Source: Fonticula alba ATCC 38817
Lineage: Eukaryota > Protista > Nucleariida
Reading direction: 5' to 3' (one strand)
DNA length: 11,795 nt
NCBI GenBank assembly: GCA_000388065.2
Contig: KB932218.1
Under the pieces are notes generated by a model. It saw only the letters and a program-made list of their open reading frames with translations. It was not told the DNA's origin and searched no databases. The position numbers and the translations under genes were made by a program. The number at the start of each line of letters is the position of its first letter. Position 1 is the first letter of the stretch. Of this stretch, positions 1 to 7,760 are shown one piece after another.

Positions 1-100
1 GGGGGGCAGCGTCAGTGCCCGGGGTGGGGACCTCCTCGCGTGCGCCCGCGCATGTCCATGTACGTGTGTGTGGCGGGGGGAGGCATCGATGTGTCCGCAC

Positions 101-180
101 CTGGCAATGGTCTCCTTCAGCTCCTGCGGGTCGACCGGCTTGGAGTTGACAAAGGCGCCCGGCGGGGCGGACTGCTGCAT
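101..180 (-). CDS. First coding exon of a minus-strand gene continuing beyond the left edge; product not identified (MQQSAPPGAFVNSKPVDPQELKETIA-R)
   Basis: ATG at 180-178 is preceded by cttcgcc and a pyrimidine-rich leader. There are 26 codons plus AG, then a donor AG|GTGCGG at 100. A CTGAC branch-like motif lies at 15-11 near the window edge. No homology was recognised with confidence. Confidence 0.6.
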
Positions 181-640
181 GGCGAAGGGTGATAAAAGGG
201 AGCGGGGCGGGGGGGGGGGAGCGAGAAAAAAAAAGAAGAGGGGGTGTCTGCGGGGAGGACGGGGAGGGGCACTTATCCCGCGCGCCTGGGCGCCGGCAGG
301 CGGGCCGGGGGCGGCGGTGGAAATACCAGAGAGCCGCCCCGGGCGCGGCCCGCCCGAGTTAGCGCCGGCTGCCAATGCATGGGGGATGGTGTCTGCCAAC
401 GGCGGCCCGGGCGAGGCTGTGGGGTAGAAGCACTGTTGGAGCGTGTTGTGTATTGTCCCGGGGGGCGGAAGCACGGGGGGGGCGGGGCGCGAGAGGGGGA
501 GACTGCCCCCCGCTCGGGCCCAGCCATGTGTGTGTAGCATGTGCGGGGGGAGGGGGAGGCCGGCGAGGCGCGGCCCCCGGGGCAGCCGGCCGGACGCCGC
601 AGGAGGGCAGCGCGGCGGGCCGGAGGGGCCCGGGGGGCTC

Positions 641-3600
641 TCAGTTGGCCGGGCTCAGGGGGGACAGCCGCTGCTGGGCGCTGGCCATGGTCGGGCGCTC
701 GGCAGGGTCGTGGTCCCAGCAGGCGGCCGCCACGTCGAGGAGTGTGCGCACGGCCGGCGAGGTGGCCGGCAGGCGGATGGCCTCGGCCGAGGTGTCCGGC
801 CGGTCGCCGGCCACCACGCGCTCGATCAGCTCGAGGGTGGCGAGGCCTGCGGGCAGCCGGGCGGACGAGGGGGCGGCGGTGGTCAGCGGGCGTGAGCCCC
901 GGGCAAGGGGGGGGGGCGGGAGGGCGAGGTCGAGCAGGGAATGAATGGGACGCGTCGGGGCGCACCGGACCAGGGCCGGGTCTTGGACACCAGCTGCCAG
1001 AGGACCACGCCGAAGGAGTATGTGTCGCAGGCGAAGAGGTCGCCCCCGGACATGGCCTTGGTGGAGATGTTGGTTTCGCGGAGGTTTTGGCTTGCGCGGT
1101 AGATGGCATTGTCGCGGAGGAACTAGCCGGCCGTTGGGGGCGGGGGGGGNNNNNNNNNNNNNNNNNNNNNNNNNNNNNNNNNNNNNNNNNNNNNNNNNNN
1201 NNNNNNNNNNNNNNNNNNNNNNNNNNNNNNNNNNNNNNNNNNNNNNNNNNNNNNNNNNNNNNNNNNNNNNNNNNNNNNNNNNNNNNNNNNNNNNNNNNNN
1301 NNNNNNNNNNNNNNNNNNNNNNNNNNNNNNNNNNNNNNNNNNNNNNNNNNNNNNNNNNNNNNNNNNNNNGGGGGGGGGCGACGGGGCGGTCAGTACGAGG
1401 CGATCGGGCGGTCAGTACGAGGCGATCGGGCGGTCAGTACGAGGCGATCGGCCGGGCAGTGCCGGACGGCCGGTGGCAGGGAGCGGCTGGCGCACCTCGG
1501 GCGCGGTGTAGGGCGGGCTGCAGCCGCGGACATTGAGCGAGGACACCAGCAGCGACCCGCGCTCGACGCTGCGGGCGATGCCAAAGTCCCCGATGGCCGC
1601 GCGCAGGAGCCCGCTGCCGGCGGGGTCCGGCGCCAGGAACACATTGGCCGGCTTGATGTCCAGATGGACGATGCCGGAGCCGTGGATGAACTCCAGCCCG
1701 GTGGCTGGGCCGCCGGCGGGGCGATTGCCATTCGGGGCGCCGAAGCGTGTCAGGGGCCGGGCATCAGCGAGCCAAATGGGGCCGGCGGGCGGGGAGGGAC
1801 GCACCGATGTCGCACGCCAGGCGCATGGCCTGCGCCTCGGAGGGATCGTCCTCCGACAGGTGGAGGACCCGGTCGAGGCTGGTGCTGTACAGCCGCATGA
1901 CGATGGCCAGCGGGGCCACCGAGTAGCCCAGCAGGGTGGCCACATGCGGCGACATGGCCAGGGTCCACATGAGGGACACCTCGTTCTCCATGACCGACAT
2001 GGCCTGCTGCGGGTTGGAGCCTGTGGGATGGGCGGGGGGGGGGGGGGGTCCCATCGCGCGTTGGCCGCCAGGCGGCGAGTGCGCACACACGCCACGCGTA
2101 CGCGCGCACACAGATATACCCGCATGCACACATATGCACACATGTACACATGCACACAGATATACACGCATGCACACAGATATACACGCATACACACAGA
2201 TATACACGCATACACACAGATATACACGCATACACACAGATATACACGCATACACACAGATATACACGCATACACGCATACACACACATGTACACACATA
2301 CACACAAATATACACACACACATACACACACATACACACACATACACACACATACACACACATACACACACATGCACACACCCAGGCACATCAGGGGCAG
2401 GCGGCCGGAGCCGACACATGGCAGGCGAGAGGTCAGTCAGGGACGGCGGATGGGTTCGCGCGGGCGGCCGCACCAGGGCCGGGCCACGTACCGGTCACCA
2501 ATTTGACGGCCACAAGGTCCTGGTTGCTGGCGCGCTGCATGAGCTCCGGGGAGAAGATCCGGGCCTCGACCACGGCCGCCTGGGCGCCCTTGCCGAGCTC
2601 CGACTCGTCGTGGAGGAACTGCACATCGCGCTTGAGGTCCAGCAGGAGGAAGCCCGGCAGGGCGATGTCGAAGATGGTGTTCATGACGGTGCGATTGGCG
2701 TCGTCCAGCTCCAGGGCCTCGGTCTCGGCGTCGTGGGGCTTCTTGTGGCGCAGGAGCCGCGGCCGGCCGGCCACCAGCAGCCCGACGATGACCAGCGACA
2801 GGACCACCAGGAACAGGAGCCCCAGGCCGATGGACAGGCCGAGGACCATGCGCAGGGGGGTGCCCTGGTGGCAGTCGGGGCATGCTCGCTCGAGGCAATC
2901 GTCGGCCGCCGGGCCGAGGCACACCAGGCAGCCCTCCTCGCAGGCGGTGCACACCAGGGCCGAGCTGTCGGCGTGGTCCTCGAAGAATGCCGGCGGGCAG
3001 GTGGCCAGGCATTGGCCCGGGGCCGAGGGCCAGGGCCGGTGCAGGACCCCCGGCACCCGGCACCGCAGGCAGTCATCCGGCCGGTCGGTGCACTCGATGC
3101 AGCCCTCCGGGCAGGGGACACACCGGCGCCCGGGGACATCCTTCCAGAACCCCTCGCTCGGGCAGTCATACTGGCAGCCGGTCCCGGCCAGGAGGAAGTA
3201 CGGCTCATGGCAGGCGGTGCACCCGGCGGGCCCGGGCCCGGAGCAGGTGGCACAGTCGGTGGCACAGGCGCGGCAGGTGGCCCCATCGCCGGCATCCAGC
3301 CAGAAGCCCTCCGGGCAGGCTTCCAGGCAGTGGCCCCCATGCCGGGCCAGGCCCGGCCGGCAGGCGGTGCACTTGTCCTCGCCGGGCTCGGCGCATGTGG
3401 CACAGGTGCCGTGGCAGGCCCGGCACCGGCCGGCCTGCGGGTCGGCCCAGTGCGCATACTCGCCGGGGGGGCAGGCCTCGACGCAGCGGCCCGATGCCTC
3501 GGACAGGAGCGGCCCCTCGGGGCCGGCCCCGAGGCAGGCCGTGCAAAAGTCCCCGGCCCCGGTGCACCGGGCACAGGCCCCGGTGCAGGGGCGGCACACC

Positions 3601-5510
3601 CGGTCGCCGGCATGGCCGAAGTACCCGGCCGGGCAGGTCTCCGCACAGGCCGGCCCCTCCGAGGCCCCGGTGTCCGGCAGCATGAAGGACCCCTCGCGGC
3701 AGAGGATACACTCGCCGGGCTGCTGGCTGCCCTTGTCATCGGCCTCGCAGCGCTCGCACCGGTTGGGGCACACTTGGCAGGCGCCGGTGTCCTCGGAGGG
3801 GGTCAGCCCCGGGGGGCAGTCGGCCCGGCAGGTGGTCCCGAGCTCCGGCTTGTCGGCCGGCGGCTGGAGGAAGTCCCCGGCCGGGCAGGCCGTGCAATTG
3901 CTGCTCTCGGGCCCGGTGCAGGTGGCACAGGTCCCATGGCACGGGGTGCACAGCTGGGCATCGGCATAGTAGCCATCCGGGCAGGCGGCCAGGCAGCGCC
4001 GGCCGCCGGGCAGCCGCGGCGCCGGCAGGGTGAAGCTGGCCCGGGGGCAGGACTTGCACCCGTCCTCCAGGGCATCGTAGCACTGGCCGCAGGAGAGGTG
4101 GCACCGCTCGCAGGTGCCCGGCGTCGGGGCAAACCAGCCGATGGGCGAGCACTCGGCCCGGCACTCGCCCCCCTGGAGGACCATGTCCGGCGGGCAGTCG
4201 CTGCATTGGTCATGCCCGGGCCCGGTGCACCGGTCGCCGCAGCGGGTGCTGCAGGCCGCGCAGTAGCCGGCCTCCATGGTGGCATGCCTCGGGGGGCAGG
4301 CCTCCAGGCAGAGGCCATCCAGCAGCACCAGCGGCGCATGGCACTCCATGCACACGGAGTCCCGGGTGTCCGGCAGCGGGGCATGGGGGTCGCGCAGCCG
4401 GCAGCTGGCACAGCCCTCCTGGCAGACGGCACACTGGGAGGGGACATTCATGCAGTCCTGCACGCAGGGCCCCCGGGCGAGGGGCGGATCGACCGGCGGG
4501 ATGGGCTGGCGAATGACCAGCGGGTGGTCGCACTCGGTGCAGGCGCTGCCGGCCGGCCCGTCGCATGTCCGGCAGTCCGGGTGGCAGGCCCGGCAGGCCC
4601 CGCCGTAGGGGCCGTCCGTGGGGGTCCGCTCGCCGAAGAAGCGCTCCGGGCAGTCCCGGTGGCAGGCGCCGGCCAGGAAAAAGTGGTCCGCCTGGCAGCG
4701 CTCGCACTGGTCATACCGCGGGCAGTGGGCGCAGCCGGCCTCCATGCAGGGGATGCACTTTTCCTCGGCCGACAGGCCGAAGCCATCCAGGCACACCGCG
4801 CACCGGGTGCTATTGATGATGGCCATGTCGCAGTGCTCCACCCCGTGCGACTGGGTGCAGCGGATCGTCCCGTCGGTCGGGTCCAGCACGCGGAACTTGA
4901 AGAGCATCTCGCACTGGTAGACGCACTTGCCGCGCGACAGGAACAGCCCCGCCGGGCAGAGGGTGCATACGTGCGGCCTGTCGCACTCCAGGCAGAGGGG
5001 GTCATCGCAGGCTGCCGGGGCGGAGGACTGGCTGCCGGGGCTGCTGGCACTGGTTGAGGTGCTGTCGGATGCGCTGGCGGAGGTACTCGTGGAGGCGCTG
5101 GCGGAAGTACTCGTGGAGGCGCTGGCGGAGGCGCTGGCAGAGGCGCTCGTTGATGCGCTGGCAGAGGTGCTCGTGGAGGCGCTGGCGGAGGTGCTCGTGG
5201 AGGCGCTGGCGGAGGCGCTCGTGGAGGCGCTGGCGGAGGCGCTCGTGGAGGCGCTGGCGGAGGTGCTCGTGGAGGCGCTGGCGGAGGTGCTCGTCGATGC
5301 GCTGGAGGAGGTGCTCGTCGACGCACTTGCCAATGCGCCGGCTGGTGCCCCGACGCTGACGCTGGCCAGGCCGGCCGAAGGAGAGAAAGGCGAAGAGGAC
5401 GGAGCTCGCAGGGCTAGCATGCCGGCATAGGCCAGCGCCGCCGTCGCCGCCAGCAGCAGTGACACAAGCAAGGTCACCAGCGGCGCCGAGGCCGCGCCGC
5501 GCCGGGACAT
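641..5510 (-). CDS. Single-pass receptor-like Ser/Thr kinase (TKL-like) with Ser/Thr/Ala repeat and furin-like Cys-rich ectodomain, about 1268 aa, 5 exons
   Basis: Exons: 5510-2492, 2020-1805, 1704-1496, 1122-966, 846-641 (3807 nt). All four introns are GT..AG with matching phases (1,1,0,1). Spliced kinase motifs: GKGAQAAV, VAVK, MENEV (alphaC Glu), HLDIKPAN, DFG, YTAPE, DTYSFGVVLW, CWDHDPAERP; stop TGA at 643-641. The ATG at 5510 precedes a hydrophobic stretch; the upstream part of ORF 2433..5783 is low-complexity and probably non-coding. Confidence 0.92.
1150..1369. other. Assembly gap (220 N), intronic
   Basis: N run flanked by G homopolymers, within intron 1123-1495. The flanking exons join in frame as APE|FLRD. 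Confidence 0.95.
1385..1451. repeat. 3 x 22-bp perfect tandem repeat in intron 3 of the receptor kinase
   Basis: cggtcagtacgaggcgatcgg recurs at 1387, 1409 and 1431. Confidence 0.95.
2101..2381. repeat. Intronic CA/TA-rich minisatellite: 6 x 20-bp unit plus 5-6 x 10-bp unit
   Basis: t(a/g)cacacagatatacacgca x6 at 2151-2270 and catacacaca x5 at 2321-2370, plus catgcacaca. Lies inside intron 2021-2491 of the receptor kinase. Confidence 0.95.
2769..2846 (-). other. Transmembrane helix
   Basis: VLGLSIGLGLLFLVVLSLVIVGLLVA followed by basic GRPRLLRHKK (positive-inside rule). Confidence 0.9.
2870..5010 (-). other. Furin-like cysteine-rich repeat array (about 13-14 units), extracellular
   Basis: Repeated CxxChxxCxxCxGpxxxxCxxC...C...CPxG(Y/F) units, e.g. 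TPCHGTCATCTGPESSNCTACPAGDFL and RACATDCATCSGPGPAGCTACHEPYFL. Boundaries are approximate. Confidence 0.88.
5071..5322 (-). repeat. Coding 24-bp tandem repeat (10 full units plus one 12-bp half unit) encoding (S-T-S-T/A-S-A-S-A)n
   Basis: Plus-strand unit gcgctggcggaggtgctcgtggag and variants start at 5071, 5095, 5131, 5155, 5179, 5203, 5227, 5251, 5275 and 5299. A 12-bp half unit starts at 5119. All units are in frame. Confidence 0.95.
5424..5510 (-). other. Predicted signal peptide of the receptor kinase
   Basis: MSRRGAASAPLVTLLVSLLLAATAALAYA: basic N-region, Leu-rich core, A-x-A ending. The cleavage site is not determined. Confidence 0.75.
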
Positions 5511-6678
5511 CGTGCGCAGGGGATGGCGCCCGGATTGGGGACAGGGCGAGCCAGCGGGGAGAGGGGGTGTGGGGAAGTGCGGGAAGGCGTGCGAGTCGGG
5601 TGGTGACGAGAGGGGGGGGGGGACACAAGCATGCGGATGCCGAAGCGCCCCCCCAGGGCCCGGGGGGGGGGAGGCGCCAGATGGGCCACCAATCAAGGCC
5701 CCCAGCCGCGATCTCGGGCCTGTTACTGGCGGCCCCCCCCCCCCCGGCCCCCCACCCCGCCCCCCCCCCCTCCGCGCCCCCACCGAGAGTGTCTGCCTCG
5801 TGCCGGCGGGACAGCTTGCAGCAGAGCTGTGTCAGTCCGGACTCGGGGACCCCGGTTCCCCCCCCCCCCCCCCCCCCGCCCCCCCTCGAGGACGGCCGCC
5901 GGGGCCGGGGCAGCGGGGATCTCACTGCATCGGCCGCCGGCCGGGCGCCCGAACCCCCGGCAGTGTGCCGCCGGCGTCCGGCCGCATCCGGGCGGGGGTC
6001 AAATCAATATCGGCGTGCCTTTTGAACCCGGCCGGGCCCCAGGAATGGGTGCGGCAAATGCGCCGGGGAGGGGCCCAGAGACGCTGGCCCATGAGATAGC
6101 GCACCTTCGTAGAGATAGTGGTCCGCACACGCCGGCTCCCCGGCCCGAGGTGGTGGGTGGTGGGGGGGGATTTGTGGGTTTTGGGGGCCGGCCCCGGCAA
6201 GCGCGCCAAGACCCACCGCGGCGGCATAGGCGTTGCGCCGCCCTGCGCGCGCCGGGCGCGCTGCTCGCCCGCCCCAGGGGGGGGGGGGGGGGGCGAGAGC
6301 CGCGCGATCGACGCAGGCCAAACCGCCTGCAGGTCTTGCCGCTGTTCCTGATCTAGTGGCCGGCCGGGCGGCGGCCGATGGGTGTGGCCCTGCCCGGGCG
6401 ATGTCTCATGGGGAGGGGGCATGGCGCCTGCGTGAGAACCTGCCCGTCGCTTGGGCGCGCGCGCGCGGGGGCCCGGACGCACCGCGGCCCAGCCGGCCCA
6501 GCAGGCCCTCGGCTAGCGGGCGCGCATACTCCCCCCCCCCCCCAGCCTGGCGCCCTGTGCGGCCCGGGCCCGGATGCAAGGGCCCGCGCGCGCACCTCCG
6601 CCGAGCTGCCCGGGTAGAGATGATCAGCCGCATGCCTTCCAGCCAGAGCGGGCAGCAGGGGGGGGGCCTGTGTGGCCG

Positions 6679-6737
6679 CCCCCCCCCCCCCCCCCCCTCT
6701 CCCCCCCCGCGGCCCCCCCCCCCCCCCCCCCCCCCCC
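6679..6737. repeat. Poly-C tract in the divergent intergenic region (G-run on minus strand)
   Basis: Almost uninterrupted C runs. Similar C/G homopolymers occur at about 5731-5770, 5858-5885, 6277-6293 and 7487-7500. Confidence 0.85.
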
Positions 6738-7760
6738 GGGCGGCGGGCGCATTCCACCCGCAGGCGTTATTTACCTGGCCTGCGCCCCATCCGGCGGCTG
6801 CTGCGGCCGCGGCGGTCGCCCTGCCAGCCCGGGGTGCGCGCCCATTCCTGGCAGTGTTGTTTTGAATTCCGCCCCCGGCCGAGGGCGCATGCCGGTGTGT
6901 TGTGCCCTGGCGGCGGCGCGCATGGGCCCCGCCTCGCGCGTCTGTCCGTCGGATTGCCGACCCCCTCGGTGCCGGGCTGTCCGCGGCCGAAGTCCGGGGG
7001 GGCGGCGCACGGCGCCCTGGCCAGCGGCGGTCTAGGGGGCTTTCCGTAGGGGGGGGCGGGGGCGTGCCCACACGCCCTCTCCCTCTCTCACGCCCCCTTT
7101 CGGCGGCGGGGGGCGGACAAGTGTGGGCGCCCACTCTTGCTGCCCCTGGGGCACACGCGCCCGGCACACCCCGGGGTGTGGCCCCCGCCCTGCGCGGCTC
7201 GCGCCCGGAGACGACGGCGGCGGCGTCTGAGGCCCGGCAGTGTCACGTGCCTCCTCGTGCGTCTCGGCGGAGGGGTGAGCTTCGGCTGGGCACGTGCGCC
7301 GCTGCCGGCGGATGGGGCGGCCGCCGATCCCGGCCCCCGGTCCCCTGCGTGTGTGTGTGTGTCCCTCTCTTCGATGGCCGGGGCATGTTGCTGTTGTTTT
7401 TTTTCTTTCTCCACCAACGGCCCCTCATTCCGCTTCCCCGACATCAGGGGCGGGGGGGACCTTGGGCTGTGCGCCCGTTGGACCGCCCCCCCCCCCCCCC
7501 GGGTCCGCAGCCAGGATTTCCTGTCTCCCGCCGGCCAGGGGTCGGACAGGCCGGAAGAGGCAGCGCCTTCGGGGCGCCCAACGCCCCCCGCGCGGTTGGG
7601 GGGGGAGGCAGCGCGCTCCGTTCCCCCTCTTCCCTCCTCGCCTTGTCCCTCTCCGCCCCCTTTTCCCTGCCCCTTCCCTTTCCCCCCTTCCTCTCTCCCC
7701 CCCCCCTCCCCCTTACCCCGCCCTCCGCTTGTCGCCGTCGAGCCGCGGGCAGCCGGCACC

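Noticed and set aside
1385-1451. Possible CRISPR array or other repeat-spacer system
   Set aside because: The 22-bp units are contiguous with no spacers, lie in a spliceosomal intron, and no cas genes are present.
1412-2506. ORFs rich in CVCVY or HTHTH
   Set aside because: Translations of the intronic CA/TG minisatellite, not metal-binding proteins.
641-2700. Calling the receptor a receptor tyrosine kinase (furin-like repeats as in EGFR/insulin receptor)
   Set aside because: The catalytic loop is HLDIKPAN, not HRDLAARN/HRDLRAAN, and there are no L domains or PxxWxAPE motif.
1533-5057. 1174-aa plus-strand ORF
   Set aside because: It is in codon register with the minus-strand receptor gene. 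It stays open because the GC-rich sense strand rarely uses TTA/CTA/TCA and the intronic repeat has no stops. No domains are visible.
5071-5322. Horizontal transfer of a bacterial adhesin segment
   Set aside because: Low-complexity similarity only. The repeat is fused in frame in an intron-containing gene with host-like GC, and no accessory Sec or glycosyltransferase genes are present.
4927-5430. Plus-strand ORF with amphipathic-looking (ALAEVLVE)n repeat
   Set aside because: Antisense reading of the Ser/Thr/Ala repeat; no independent start or splice support.
5513-5783. 91-aa N-terminal extension of ORF 2433..5783
   Set aside because: Gly/Pro low complexity derived from homopolymer runs, and it would bury the signal peptide. 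ATG 5510 is preferred.
7275-7447. Possible 5' UTR intron (GTGAGC...CAG) upstream of the STE kinase
   Set aside because: No CTRAC branch motif, the donor is unlike the others here, and there is no frame constraint to test it.
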